NCBI GenBank assembly: GCA_963697335.1
Contig: CAVONQ010000005.1
Coordinates: 64,001-128,000 of the forward strand
Length of the DNA: 64,000 bases
Direction of reading: 5' to 3'
Origin: an uncultured cyanobacterium
GTDB taxonomy: Bacteria > Cyanobacteriota > Cyanobacteriia > PCC-6307 > Cyanobiaceae
Shown: piece by piece, positions 28,604 to 38,330 of the stretch
Layout of the letters: every line of letters starts with the position of its first letter
Numbering within the stretch: position 1 is the stretch's first letter
Program-made: the position numbers and the translations under genes
The notes under the pieces: generated by a model
The model's database searches: none
Seen by the model: only the letters and a program-made list of their open reading frames with translations
What the model was told of the DNA's origin: nothing

Positions 28604-28996
28604 TCAGGGTTCGATCCCCCAGGGCTCCCAGCCGGATTGCCGAAAGATGGCATAGGCCACGCTGCTGTTGACCAGAGGGTCGAGCAGCTGCTCGGGGCTG
28701 CGAATGCCCATCGCGGCGATCAGCCCCCGGTTGGCGCTGAAGTTGATCTGGAACAGGCCAAAGCAGTCCCCACCGCAGCCACGGGCCGTGGGGGTGAGAC
28801 CGCTCTCCAGATGGGCCAGGCGGATGGCGCTGCCGAGGTGCTCCTGCGGCCACACCTGGCGGATGGCCTGAAGCGCATCGGCCCTCGGCGTGTCGCGCGC
28901 CAGAACGGCAGGGGAGCGCAAGCCGAGGCCGCCAGCGAACGACAGCAGCAGGGACAGCAGCACGCCGCCAGTGGAACGAAACAACCAGGCAGGCAT
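28604..28996 (-). CDS. Small secreted lytic transglycosylase (SLT/lysozyme-like)
   Basis: Signal peptide, catalytic-type ESG motif, GLFQIN, LLDPLVN and GWEPW. Confidence 0.75.
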   Translation of the reverse strand: MPAWLFRSTGGVLLSLLLSFAGGLGLRSPAVLARDTPRADALQAIRQVWPQEHLGSAIRLAHLESGLTPTARGCGGDCFGLFQINFSANRGLIAAMGIRSPEQLLDPLVNSSVAYAIFRQSGWEPWGIEP

Positions 28997-29075
28997 GCCT
29001 GTGGGCCAGGAACTCGCCGGCAACGTATCGGCCCCGAACCGGCGCCGCCAGGGTCAGGGATGGCTGGATCCGGGC

Positions 29076-29936
29076 TCAGACACCCGGAGCGGGAGCCGGG
29101 GGAGGAATGGCTCCCTCCTGTGGGGCCTGCACCTCGTCGCAGAGGTCGAGCACGATCTGCTGTCCCACGGAACGGGGCTCGGGCACGGCCCAGGCCAGCC
29201 AGGCCCCATCGACGCGCCAGGTCTGGCGAAGGCTGCTGCACTGCACGGCCACGGCCGTGGCCCTGGCCCGGGAGGCCCCCACATCTTCCGCGGCGGGCTG
29301 AACCACTGTCACCCGCAGCCCACCGGGGTGCAGCTTCCAGCCGCCCCAGTCCACCAGGGTGTTGCCGAAATAGCGCCAGCGGCCCTGCTGAGGCTTCTCA
29401 ACGGGGCCCGCTTCGGGGGCCGTCCCTGGCGCGGACGGCTCCGCCGGCTTGGTCTGGGCAGGCGTGGTGGCTGGGGTGGGGGTCGCAGGAGTGGGGGTTG
29501 CCGGTGTCTTGGCGGCTGGCTTGGCGGCTGGTTTGGCGGCAGCGGGCTTCGCCGCTGCGGGTTTCGCCGCTGGGGCCGGCTTCGCGGCGGGGCGCGGAGC
29601 GGTGGCGGGGGGAAGCTTCAGCACCTGGCCGATCTGCAGGGTGCGCGGATCGCTGATGCTGTTGAGACGCTGCAAGGCCTCCACGGACACCCCGTGGCGT
29701 CCGGCAATCACCTCAAGGGTGTCACCCTCCTTCACCGTGACCTGACGGGGTTTGGCCGCAGCCTGGGCCAGGGCGGGCCGGGCTCCCGGCACAAGCACCG
29801 CTGTGGCCAGCGCTGTCCCGAGCCCCCCGATAACCCACAGGCAGCCGAACACCAGGGGGGGCAGCACGCGGGAGGGCGCAACTGTTGCTCCCTGCAGGCC
29901 TGAGCCTGGTTTCTGGGCTGGAACTTCTCTCACCAC
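29076..29936 (-). CDS. LysM-domain protein with Pro/Ala/Lys linker
   Basis: [47 protein letters not shown] repeats. Confidence 0.85.
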   Translation of the reverse strand: MVREVPAQKPGSGLQGATVAPSRVLPPLVFGCLWVIGGLGTALATAVLVPGARPALAQAAAKPRQVTVKEGDTLEVIAGRHGVSVEALQRLNSISDPRTLQIGQVLKLPPATAPRPAAKPAPAAKPAAAKPAAAKPAAKPAAKTPATPTPATPTPATTPAQTKPAEPSAPGTAPEAGPVEKPQQGRWRYFGNTLVDWGGWKLHPGGLRVTVVQPAAEDVGASRARATAVAVQCSSLRQTWRVDGAWLAWAVPEPRSVGQQIVLDLCDEVQAPQEGAIPPPAPAPGV

Positions 29937-29967
29937 CCTGGCTCCCTTCGACTTGGTTCGACCCTAG

Positions 29968-30051
29968 TGGGGGCAGGGGGACTTGAACCCCCACAACCTC
30001 GCGGTCTGCAGATTTTAAGTCTGCTGCGTCTACCGATTCCGCCATGCCCCC
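29968..30051 (-). tRNA. trnL: tRNA-Leu(UAA), intron-less, CCA not encoded
   Basis: GGGGGCA/TGCCCCC acceptor stem, anticodon arm GCAGA-CTTAAAA-TCTGC, long variable arm, GTTCAAGTC T-loop. Confidence 0.97.
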
Positions 30052-30095
30052 GGCAAAGGCACTCTAGATTTGGTGCCATCGTTGCCACATCGGCC

Positions 30096-30347
30096 GTGTC
30101 CCTTTTCGGTCTTCTGGGTGCGCTGCCCTCCGGGGTGCTGCCGGTGCTCGCCCTCTACGTCGCTCTCGGCGGGGCCTATCTGGTGGTGATCCCCCTGGCC
30201 CTTTACGCCTGGATGGTCAAGCGCTGGACGGTGATGGGCAAAGTGGAGCGCTTCGGGGTCTATGGACTGGTGTTCCTGTTCTTCCCTGGTCTCATTCTGT
30301 TTTCTCCGTTCATCAACCTGCGCATGGCCGGCCAGGGTGCCCGATGA
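30096..30347 (+). CDS. ndhL: NDH-1 subunit L
   Basis: [16 protein letters not shown]...[26 protein letters not shown]. Confidence 0.92.
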   Translation: MSLFGLLGALPSGVLPVLALYVALGGAYLVVIPLALYAWMVKRWTVMGKVERFGVYGLVFLFFPGLILFSPFINLRMAGQGAR

Positions 30348-30727
30348 CCAAGGGTCAATCCCTGCTGCTGGGGCTGGCAGTCTTCGGCCTTGGCGCTCTG
30401 GGCTACGCCCTGTTCCAGGCCAACGGTTTCGAGAGCTTCTCCGCCGGAATCGCCGCCTCGGCCCTGTTGATGGTGCTGGTGGTGGGCTGGACAGCCACCT
30501 ACCTGCTGCGGGCCCTGAGCGGCAACATGACCTACATGCAACAGCGCCGCACATATCGCGAGGGCTACGACGCCGCCACCACCGAAGCCCTGCAGCGCAA
30601 GTTCGATGCCCTCAGCCCTGAGGAGCAGCTCCGCCTGCTACGCGACACCGGCCAACTCGGCACTGATGCAGACGAGCCCGCCTCGGGCGACGCCACTCGC
30701 CCAGACACGCTCCACGGCGAGGCATAG
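30344..30727 (+). CDS. DUF3007 family protein
   Basis: [23 protein letters not shown]; usual ndhL-DUF3007-trpA synteny. Confidence 0.85.
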   Translation: MTKGQSLLLGLAVFGLGALGYALFQANGFESFSAGIAASALLMVLVVGWTATYLLRALSGNMTYMQQRRTYREGYDAATTEALQRKFDALSPEEQLRLLRDTGQLGTDADEPASGDATRPDTLHGEA

Positions 30728-30754
30728 GCTCACAGGCCAGCCCCTGCAGCCGCT

Positions 30755-31570
30755 GTGTCCGTCGCTCCAACTCCGATCCAGCAGCGCTTCCGACACCTGG
30801 AGCAGCAGGGTCGCTGTGCCCTGATGCCGTTTCTGATGGCCGGGGATCCGGATCTGGCCACCACCCGGGCCACCCTCCTGGCCCTGGAGGCAGCCGGCGC
30901 CGATCTGGTGGAGCTGGGCATCCCCTACAGCGATCCCCTCGCCGACGGCCCCGTGATTCAGGCAGCGGCCAGCCGGGCCCTGGCCGCTGCCACCACCCCT
31001 GCCAAGGTGCTGGAGATGCTGGCCAGCCTGCGCGGCGAGCTCACCCTGCCGGTGGTGCTGTTCACCTACAGCAATCCCCTGCTCAACCGGGGCATGGAGG
31101 CCTTCTGCCAGGCGGCGGCGGCCAGCGGAGCCGCCGGCCTGGTGGTGCCGGACCTGCCCCTGGAGGAGGCCGAGAAGCTCTCCGGCATCGCCGCCGCCGC
31201 CGGGCTCGATCTGGTGCTGTTGGTGGCCCCCACCACGCCGCCCGAACGCATGGCCCGCATTCACCAGGCCAGCCGCGGCTTCACCTATCTGGTCAGTGTC
31301 ACCGGGGTCACGGGCGTGCGCGCCGGGCTCGAGGCCCGGGTGGGGCCCCTGGTGGGACGGCTCAAGGAGGAGGGAGACACCCCGGTGGCCGTGGGCTTCG
31401 GCATCTCCGGTGTGGAGCAGGTGCGTCAGGTGCGCGACTGGGGGGCCAATGGCGCCATCGTGGGCAGCGCCCTGGTGCGGGTGATGGCCGAGGCCCAGGC
31501 CCAGCAGGCCGATGTGGCCGCGGCCGCGGGCCGCTTCTGCGCCGAGCTGCGGGCCGGACTGGATCCCTGA
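30755..31570 (+). CDS. trpA: Tryptophan synthase alpha chain
   Basis: [31 protein letters not shown] and GAIVGSA. Confidence 0.97.
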   Translation: MSVAPTPIQQRFRHLEQQGRCALMPFLMAGDPDLATTRATLLALEAAGADLVELGIPYSDPLADGPVIQAAASRALAAATTPAKVLEMLASLRGELTLPVVLFTYSNPLLNRGMEAFCQAAAASGAAGLVVPDLPLEEAEKLSGIAAAAGLDLVLLVAPTTPPERMARIHQASRGFTYLVSVTGVTGVRAGLEARVGPLVGRLKEEGDTPVAVGFGISGVEQVRQVRDWGANGAIVGSALVRVMAEAQAQQADVAAAAGRFCAELRAGLDP

Positions 31571-31589
31571 GCGTCTCAAGCCAACTCTG

Positions 31590-32201
31590 ATGCTGTATTC
31601 CCCTGCCTGCGACCGCAACGCGGCTCCGATCCTGGCCGTGCTGCGCCAGTGGCTGCCTGAGGGGGGAGCGGTGCTGGAGGTGGGCTCCGGCAGCGGCCAG
31701 CACGGGGTGGCCTTCACCAGGCAATTGCCGCAGCTGATCTGGCAGCCCAGTGAGCGTCCCGAAGGAGTTGGCCCCCTCCAGGAGCGCATCGCTCGGGAGG
31801 GGAGCGACCAACCCGCCCCAGGCTCCCGCCTGCTGCCGGCGATGGCGCTCGATGTGCTGGAGGCTCACGCCTGGCCTACCGGCCCCTACGACGCCGTGTT
31901 CAGCGCCAACACCGCCCACATCATGGGCGAGCCCGCCGTTGGGGCCTTCTTCGAAGGCAGCGCCAGGGTGCTGGCCCCTGGGGGGCTGCTGCTGCTCTAT
32001 GGCCCCTTCTGCGACAACGGCGTTCACACCGCTGAGAGCAACGCCGCCTTTGATGCCCACCTGCGCAGAATTGACCCAGCCATGGGCGTGCGCGACACCA
32101 GTGCTCTGGATGGTCTGGCCCGGGGGCTGGGGCTGGGACCGGTGGCAGATCTGGCGCTGCCCGCCAACAATCGCATCCTGATCTGGCGCCGCCAGCCCTG
32201 A
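31590..32201 (+). CDS. DUF938 family SAM-dependent methyltransferase
   Basis: SPACDRN..PIL, VLEVGSGSGQH, YGPF, SNAAFD.HLR and LPANN. Confidence 0.88.
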   Translation: MLYSPACDRNAAPILAVLRQWLPEGGAVLEVGSGSGQHGVAFTRQLPQLIWQPSERPEGVGPLQERIAREGSDQPAPGSRLLPAMALDVLEAHAWPTGPYDAVFSANTAHIMGEPAVGAFFEGSARVLAPGGLLLLYGPFCDNGVHTAESNAAFDAHLRRIDPAMGVRDTSALDGLARGLGLGPVADLALPANNRILIWRRQP

Positions 32202-32243
32202 ACCCGCCTGGGCCAGAAGCGGGCCAGCGACAGCCGGGTGATT

Positions 32244-32513
32244 TCAGAGCTTGTATTTCTTGGCGGTGCGGGCCTTGCAGGTGTTTTTGGCCTGCTCCTG
32301 GCTGCTGCCGCTCTTCATCTGCTGCACCACACAGTCGCAGGTGTAGTCGGCCATGCCGGCCGGGGCAGGCTTCCCGGAGGCCTTCACCTCATCATTCACT
32401 GCAGCCAGGCAGTACTTGCGGATCATGAAATCCATCATGTTGGCCTCGGCGGGCAGCTCTGACGCCAGTGCTGCGAAGGCCAGGGTCACAAGGGCAACGG
32501 CACGGATCAACAT
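32244..32513 (-). CDS. Small secreted Cys-containing hypothetical protein
   Basis: Signal peptide; YC...YTCDCVV...TC pattern. Confidence 0.7.
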   Translation of the reverse strand: MLIRAVALVTLAFAALASELPAEANMMDFMIRKYCLAAVNDEVKASGKPAPAGMADYTCDCVVQQMKSGSSQEQAKNTCKARTAKKYKL

Positions 32514-32644
32514 GGCTGGAAAGGGGCTCAGAGGTCGTTCTGCCTTCCTATCACCACGACCCGGGGATGAGGATGGCGTTGGCGGCAGCGCGTTCCGGTT
32601 TGTGCACCGGCACCGATAGGGTCGAGAAACTCCACAACTCCGCC

Positions 32645-32915
32645 ATGGCCCGCTTCGTGCTCTGGGGTACCTACTGCAGCGATGCCCTGGACAAGCGCAC
32701 ACCCTTTCGGGAAGAGCATCTCGCCGGCCTCAAACAGCAGACAGCAGGCGGGAACGCTGATCACCCTGGGACCCACCGAAGGCAGCACCCATGTGTTCGG
32801 CATCTATGAGGCCGAGAGCCGCGAGCAGGTGGAGGCCCTCGTCAAAGGGGACATCTACTGGCGAGAGGGCATCTGGACGGCCGTGGAGATCCATGGCTGG
32901 ATTCAGGCCTTCTAG
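32645..32915 (+). CDS. yciI: YciI family protein with apparent 1-nt insertion near 32740
   Basis: MARFVLWGTYCSDALDKRTPFREEHLAGL in one frame and GTLITLGPT...DIYWREGIWT in the next. Confidence 0.8.
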
Positions 32916-32939
32916 CCCTGCTCGAGATCAGCGACGCCA

Positions 32940-33320
32940 TCAGCCACGGGGCCAACCCGCCTGGGCCTGATCCCAGACCCATGCCGCTACAGCCTGCACG
33001 CCGTCATCGCCGAGCACGTTCGCGTACCCCCCCATCTGGCCCACACCAGCTGCTGCAATCGCAGCAATCGCGGCCTCAGAAGCAACGCCCTGGCGCTCCA
33101 GGGCAGCCAGCTTGAGGGTTTTGCCCCGGCGCAGAACATTGCCGCCATGGATGTGGCAGCCCGAGCAGTGATTGGCAAACAGCTGGGCCGCATCGCTGCC
33201 GTCAGCGGCGGCCTGGGCTGGAGGCACCACGGGCATCAGGCCGATCCACACCAGGGTCACCAAGGCCACAAGGCCCCTGCTGAAAACCTCCTGCAACCGC
33301 TGGGCTGCAGGAGGTCGCAT
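32940..33320 (-). CDS. Cytochrome c6-like protein (c6B/c6C type)
   Basis: CSGCH haem motif, GGNVLRRGKTLK, axial Met in GQMGGY; lacks the Gln typical of canonical PetJ. Confidence 0.85.
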   Translation of the reverse strand: MRPPAAQRLQEVFSRGLVALVTLVWIGLMPVVPPAQAAADGSDAAQLFANHCSGCHIHGGNVLRRGKTLKLAALERQGVASEAAIAAIAAAGVGQMGGYANVLGDDGVQAVAAWVWDQAQAGWPRG

Positions 33321-33430
33321 GGAGAGAACAGTGGATGGCATCGGCTGGATCACACCTGGTGATCCCTCAGGTTGACAGCCCAATGGCCATCAGCGTTACG
33401 GCTCCGAACCAGGTGGTGCCCAGAGGGGCA

Positions 33431-33796
33431 TCAATCCTCGTCTTCGTCGGTGGCGCCTGCGGGGATCAGACGGATCTGCTTGCGGCCCAGCTTGATTTCA
33501 AACTCATCGCCGGGCTTGAGATCCAGCAGGGCGGTGTAGGCCTTGCCGATCAACAGGTTGCCATTGCCCTGCACGGTGGCCACATAGCTGAGCTTGCGCC
33601 CACCTTTGCCAACCTTGCCCGTGCCGCCGAGCTCGACGCCCTTGGCTTCGAGGAGAGCTTCATAGAAGGCCGTGAAGTTGAGGCGATCGCCGCCGTCCTT
33701 CTTGGTGGAGACGTAACCGCAGGCGCGGACGATCTCCGACTTACTCACGTCACCAAGCTCTTTGACCTTGGCGAGCAGTTCAGATCCAATGAGCAT
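33431..33796 (-). CDS. Cyanobacterial AbrB-like regulator (cyAbrB)
   Basis: LNFTAFYEALLEAKG and GRKLSYVATVQGNGNLLIGKAYT. Confidence 0.92.
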   Translation of the reverse strand: MLIGSELLAKVKELGDVSKSEIVRACGYVSTKKDGGDRLNFTAFYEALLEAKGVELGGTGKVGKGGRKLSYVATVQGNGNLLIGKAYTALLDLKPGDEFEIKLGRKQIRLIPAGATDEDED

Positions 33797-33989
33797 CGGT
33801 CAGGGAGGTGGTAGGGGGAGGTGATAGGGGGAAACTTCCCTCTAAGACATCTGAAATTTACACCACCGGATGCTGTTGACAAGCTTGCAACTTGAGAATG
33901 GTGAGCCCAAGCCAATTTGGCTGCCCTCTTGCCATGGCCACCGCCACCATGGAGAAGGTGATAGAACATGCCTCTGGTGGATCGGGTGG

Positions 33990-34499
33990 ATGAACCGCTT
34001 GCGCATCCTGCGACCGAGCGATCTGGATCAGCTGATCCTCCTCTATCAGGACGCTGTCATGAGCCAGGCGGTTCGGCTCTACAGTCCCGACCAGATTGCG
34101 GCCTGGGTTGAGCATGCGTCCCACGGCAATGGCGTGGCGATGGCCCTCGAACGCGGCCATGGCTTGGGCAGCCACCCGATCAATCAACCCGATCAGCTCG
34201 AGGCCTTCGGCATTCTCGAGCCGGCCGATCGCCTCTCCCTGCTCTACAGCCGCGGCTTGGCCAGCCGGCGCGGGCTGGCGAGCACCATTCTTGAGCAGTT
34301 GGAGGCCCACGCGCGGCGGCATGGCGTCACCCAGCTGCGCACGGAGGCCAGCCAGCTTTCCAGGCCCCTGTTGCTGAGGCGCGGCTGGCAGGTGGAGGCG
34401 GCTGAAACCGTGCAGCTGCAAGGGGTGAGCTTCGAGCGCTGGCGCATGATCAAACCGCTGACCACCGCGCACCCCGGTGCCGCTGCCCACCTTGGCTGA
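33990..34499 (+). CDS. GNAT family acetyltransferase
   Basis: YSPDQIAAW, RRGLASTIL and LRTEASQLSRPLL. Confidence 0.85.
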   Translation: MNRLRILRPSDLDQLILLYQDAVMSQAVRLYSPDQIAAWVEHASHGNGVAMALERGHGLGSHPINQPDQLEAFGILEPADRLSLLYSRGLASRRGLASTILEQLEAHARRHGVTQLRTEASQLSRPLLLRRGWQVEAAETVQLQGVSFERWRMIKPLTTAHPGAAAHLG

Positions 34500-35022
34500 A
34501 GCCCAACTGCAACAGTTTCTGGAGAAGGTGAGGCAACTGAATGCCTTTGTGGCTCTCAGCGAAACGGATCCAGCCCTGCGCCAGGCCTTGAGGGACTGTG
34601 AGCACCATCACCAGGTGGTGGAGCTGGCGCGCCGTTGCGGTTTTGAGATCGGGCGCCGCTGGGGAGAGCAGCAGCCAGGTGAAACCGCCGGCACCAACCT
34701 CCTGAGCCAACCCTGCCCCCCTGAGGGAATGGAATCCAGCAGCGTGCTGGTGAGGGGCGAAGGCTGGAGGCTGGAGCGGATCCACTCCTGCGCAGCCAGT
34801 ACCGCCACTGATCAGTGGTATGACCAGGCCGACTATGAATGGATCACCCTGGTGCAGGGTTCAGCCTTGCTGCAGTTCGCCGATGAGCCCGTGGCCAGGC
34901 CGCTGAGGCAGGGCGACTGGATGGTGATCCCCCCCCACCGCCGCCATCGGGTGGCCGCTACTGATCCTTTCCCCGGATCCGTCTGGCTTGCGCTGTTCTG
35001 GAGGGTTTCTTGCGCAGGGTGA
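34477..35022 (+). CDS. Nif11-like domain plus cupin fusion protein
   Basis: LNAFVALSETDPAL...VVELARRCGF followed by WYDQ..EWITLVQG and IPPHRRHRV cupin motifs. Confidence 0.78.
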   Translation: MPLPTLAEAQLQQFLEKVRQLNAFVALSETDPALRQALRDCEHHHQVVELARRCGFEIGRRWGEQQPGETAGTNLLSQPCPPEGMESSSVLVRGEGWRLERIHSCAASTATDQWYDQADYEWITLVQGSALLQFADEPVARPLRQGDWMVIPPHRRHRVAATDPFPGSVWLALFWRVSCAG

Positions 35023-35473
35023 GCGAGCGCACCAACCAGTAGGCACCTGCCAGGGCCAGCACGGCGATGCCCAGGCCGGCCAGCAGCTGGGGCTTGCTCT
35101 CGGCACCGGCCGGCAGCACGATCACCTTCCGGGCCACGGCGGTCATGGCCGTCAGCAGCACCAGCTCGATCTGAACGACATGGCGGCGCAGATAGGAGGT
35201 GATGTTCTGCAGAACCTCCACCGCGATCAGCAGGTTGAGCAGATCGCCGAGCACCCGGTTCAGCTTGTCCCCCAGCCAAGGGGTCTGGGGGACGCTCAGG
35301 GCCAGGGCCACCTGCCAGATCAACTGGAGGGTGGCCGCAGCCATCACCACGACCAGCACGATGCCGAGCAGCTTGGCCAGCTGCCGCTCGGCGCGGTCGA
35401 TCACGAACAGATAGTTGAGATCGTCGAACAGACGCTGCAGGCGCAACACGGGGGGCCGGGACAGGGTTGGCAT
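34958..35473 (-). CDS. Phosphate-starvation-inducible PsiE family membrane protein
   Basis: LLIAVEVLQNITSYLRRHVVQIELVLLTAMTAVARKVIVL. Confidence 0.85.
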   Translation of the reverse strand: MPTLSRPPVLRLQRLFDDLNYLFVIDRAERQLAKLLGIVLVVVMAAATLQLIWQVALALSVPQTPWLGDKLNRVLGDLLNLLIAVEVLQNITSYLRRHVVQIELVLLTAMTAVARKVIVLPAGAESKPQLLAGLGIAVLALAGAYWLVRSLTLRKKPSRTAQARRIRGKDQ

Positions 35474-35554
35474 CCATCAGGCGCCCAACTCTTGCACCAG
35501 GGGTGGGGCTGGGGCCTGAGCAGCCCAAAGAACGATGCAGAGGCCAGGGGGCGC

Positions 35555-35803
35555 TCAGTTTCCAAACAACTCGAACTGGGGGCGGGCTGGGGTGTCGCCG
35601 ACGGGATTTTCCAACTCAGTGTCACAGGTCACGGCTCCATCGGGCCCGGTGACACAGTTGGTGGGCTTCACCTTGGTGGCAGGGCCGACAGAACTGCCTG
35701 GACCCAGCAGGTAGCCCTCCCGCTGGGCCAGGGCTGCTGGCACCTCCATGGCAGCGCATGCCAGGCAGAACAGCCCCAGGACCCGGCCCAAAGACGTGAT
35801 CAT
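35555..35803 (-). CDS. Small secreted hypothetical protein
   Basis: Signal peptide; NCVTGPDGAVTCDT disulfide-like motif. Confidence 0.6.
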   Translation of the reverse strand: MITSLGRVLGLFCLACAAMEVPAALAQREGYLLGPGSSVGPATKVKPTNCVTGPDGAVTCDTELENPVGDTPARPQFELFGN

Positions 35804-35842
35804 GCAGATGAGAAACGTTCACCCCACTCTGGCGAAAACGAC

Positions 35843-36172
35843 TCAATCGCGCCGTTCAGCGCGGATCTCCTGCAACAGAAGATCCAGCTGACCGAGGGAA
35901 GCGCTGCCGTCGTGGGCGGCCGGAGCAGGAGCGGAGTCGACAGCCCGATCCTCCACCTGCCAGCGCTCCTCGATGCCGCAGAGCTGGTCGGCCAGGCCCG
36001 TGAGCCCCTGGCCGGCGTAGGTGTGCTGCAGGGCATCGAGCAGCACCGGCATCCGGATCGAGCTCGCCTGCAGCGCCCGCCGCAGGTCGGCCTGGGTGCG
36101 ACCTGTGTGCCGCAGCCAGTCCTTGAGGAAGGCCTGAAGCTCCTCGAGCTGCTCAGGACTCAACTGGGACAT
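35843..36172 (-). CDS. Hypothetical protein
   Basis: LKDWLRHTGRTQADLRRAL...LGQLDLLLQEI. Confidence 0.65.
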   Translation of the reverse strand: MSQLSPEQLEELQAFLKDWLRHTGRTQADLRRALQASSIRMPVLLDALQHTYAGQGLTGLADQLCGIEERWQVEDRAVDSAPAPAAHDGSASLGQLDLLLQEIRAERRD

Positions 36173-36231
36173 GGCGACACAGCATCACGGCAGGAACGGG
36201 GCAGCAGGGGGAGGGCCAGGGCGTTGGCCGA

Positions 36232-36582
36232 TCAGCGTCCCAGCGGGAACCAACGGTCCAGTCTGCGCTGCGCCCGCATCCGGATGGTTTCGGTGCGGTG
36301 GCGACCGCAGATGCCCAGAAGGGCGGTGATGGCCACCAGATCATCACTGAAGCCGGCCACCGGGATGAAATCTGGGATCAGATCCAGGGGCACCAGGAGG
36401 TAGGTGAGCGCCGCCAGCACCGTGAGCTTGGCCGGCGTGGGGGTGTCGCCATCCAGGAGCATCTCCAGGCATTCCAGGGCCGGCCTGGCCATGCCCCGCC
36501 CAGCACGGCGCAACAGCCTCAGCAGCAAGGCTTCGTCAACGACGGTGCTCTCCAGCACCTCAGCATCAACGGATTGGGACAC
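36232..36582 (-). CDS. DUF1232 (YkvA) family protein
   Basis: ALTYLLVPLDLIPDFIPVAGFSDDL. Confidence 0.88.
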   Translation of the reverse strand: MSQSVDAEVLESTVVDEALLLRLLRRAGRGMARPALECLEMLLDGDTPTPAKLTVLAALTYLLVPLDLIPDFIPVAGFSDDLVAITALLGICGRHRTETIRMRAQRRLDRWFPLGR

Positions 36583-36622
36583 AGAACGATCCAACGGCCG
36601 ACCCGTCCATTCTTGACCGACT

Positions 36623-37543
36623 TCAGGCTTCGACCAGGCCGGTTTCAATGCCGGTTTTCCGCAGTTTGCGCAGGGCGCGCTGCACGACCTGGCGGCAATA
36701 CTCCCGGCTGCAATCCAGCTGTCGCGCCACTTCCGCCAGGGTGCGCCACTCGTGGCTGCCATCCAGCCCGAAGCGCAACATCAACACCGTGCGCTCCTTG
36801 GGGGTGAGGTTGGAGCGCTCCAGCAGCACCCACACCGAGGCACTTCGTTCTGCCAGTTCGGCCCGCTCCATGGGGGCCAGCTCCTGGCTGGGCAGCACAT
36901 CCACCAGCTCCGAGGGGTCTGACTTCGACTTCACCACACCCTGCAGGCTCACCGTGATGCTGCGCAGTTCACAGCCCAGCAGCTCCTCCACTTCAGTGAG
37001 GGGCAGATTCATCGCCCGCGCCAGGGCCGGGGCAGCAGGGTTTACCCCGTGGGACTGCAGGTAGCGGGCCTTGGCAGCCCGCAGGCGCGTGAGCTTCTCG
37101 TTCACATTGACGGGGATCCGAATCGTGCGGCTCTGGGTGGAGAGCGCCCGGTTCAGCCCCTGTCGGATCCACCAGTAGGCATAGGTGCTGAAGCGGTGAC
37201 CGCGGGTGGGGTCATACTTCTCCACGGCGCGGGTGAGGCCCAGGGTGCCCTCCTGAATCAGATCCAGCAGATCGAGCCCCTTGTTCTGGTAGCGCTTGGC
37301 CAGGTTCACCACCAGGCGCAGGTTGGCGGTGATCATCTGGTTCTTGGCCCGCTCACCGAGGCGCATGGTGCGGCGCTCCTGGTCGCTGTACTCACAGGCT
37401 GGCCCCTGACCGCCGGCCTCCCGGCAGCGCTCCTGCAACCCGGCCATGGCCTGCACCTTGCGGCCCAGGGTGAGCTCCTGCTCCGGGGAAAGCAGTTGAT
37501 GGCGACCGATCTCGGCCAGATAGGCGCTCAGTGAGCTTGGCAT
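36623..37543 (-). CDS. RNA polymerase sigma-70 factor, group 2 type
   Basis: YLAEIGRHQLL, ANLRLVV, DLIQEGTLGL..AVEKYDPTRG.RFSTYAYWWIRQ, region 4. Confidence 0.93.
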   Translation of the reverse strand: MPSSLSAYLAEIGRHQLLSPEQELTLGRKVQAMAGLQERCREAGGQGPACEYSDQERRTMRLGERAKNQMITANLRLVVNLAKRYQNKGLDLLDLIQEGTLGLTRAVEKYDPTRGHRFSTYAYWWIRQGLNRALSTQSRTIRIPVNVNEKLTRLRAAKARYLQSHGVNPAAPALARAMNLPLTEVEELLGCELRSITVSLQGVVKSKSDPSELVDVLPSQELAPMERAELAERSASVWVLLERSNLTPKERTVLMLRFGLDGSHEWRTLAEVARQLDCSREYCRQVVQRALRKLRKTGIETGLVEA

Positions 37544-37737
37544 CGATAGCGACTTGAGTTGAATGAACCTAAGGAATTTTTCGGCCAAACCAAGAATCAA
37601 CGGAAAAGCTTCCAACCTTCCAACTTGCTACACATTTTCAGCAACACTTCATCTTCACTTCGGAGCTGCCAGCTCGCGGCCGCGGTGATGTCGCCGTTAA
37701 ACTCGCGCGGCTGAAGAACCATGGAATTCACCCCCGC

Positions 37738-38238
37738 ATGCCCCTGCTGGCCGCACTTCCCGCCGATGTGCTCCCCCGTGCCGGGGTGGCCTATGTGCAC
37801 TACCTGAGCTTCATGGTCTGTTTCGGGGCGCTGGTCCTGGAGCGGCGTCTGATCGCCCCGAACCCCAGCAAGGAGAACGCCACCTTGATGGTGATCACGG
37901 ACATCGTCTACGGCCTGGCGGCCCTGGCGCTGCTGGGCAGCGGCATCCTGCGTGTGTTGTATTACGGACAGATCAGCAGCTTCTACACCGAGAATCCCCT
38001 CTTCTGGTGGAAGGTCGGGGTCTACCTCTCCGTGGGTGCCCTGTCCCTCTATCCAACAGTCACCTACATCCTCTGGGCGATTCCGCTGCGCAAGGGAGAA
38101 CTGCCCCAGGTGAGTGAGGCCCTGGCCCAACGGCTGGCCTGGATCCTGAACATCGAACTGGCCGGTTTCGCCCTGATTCCCCTGCTGGCCACTCTCATGG
38201 CCCGGGGCGTGGGTCTGCCCAGCCAGGGGTTGGGCTGA
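37738..38238 (+). CDS. DUF2214 family membrane protein
   Basis: AYVHYLS, DIVYGLAA, FWWKV, LSLYPT and LATLMARGVG. Confidence 0.85.
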   Translation: MPLLAALPADVLPRAGVAYVHYLSFMVCFGALVLERRLIAPNPSKENATLMVITDIVYGLAALALLGSGILRVLYYGQISSFYTENPLFWWKVGVYLSVGALSLYPTVTYILWAIPLRKGELPQVSEALAQRLAWILNIELAGFALIPLLATLMARGVGLPSQGLG

Positions 38239-38330
38239 GACCACTGACCAGGATGCGACGCTTGCTGCGACGGGTCGTCCCCCCCACCCCGATCCCCTTC
38301 GGGCTTCTGGGGGTTGGGATTCCAGCCTCG

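Noticed and set aside
29968..30051. tRNA-Leu(UAA) as a group I intron host or integration site
   Set aside because: The anticodon loop is uninterrupted, and I saw no integrase or duplicated tRNA 3' end in the window
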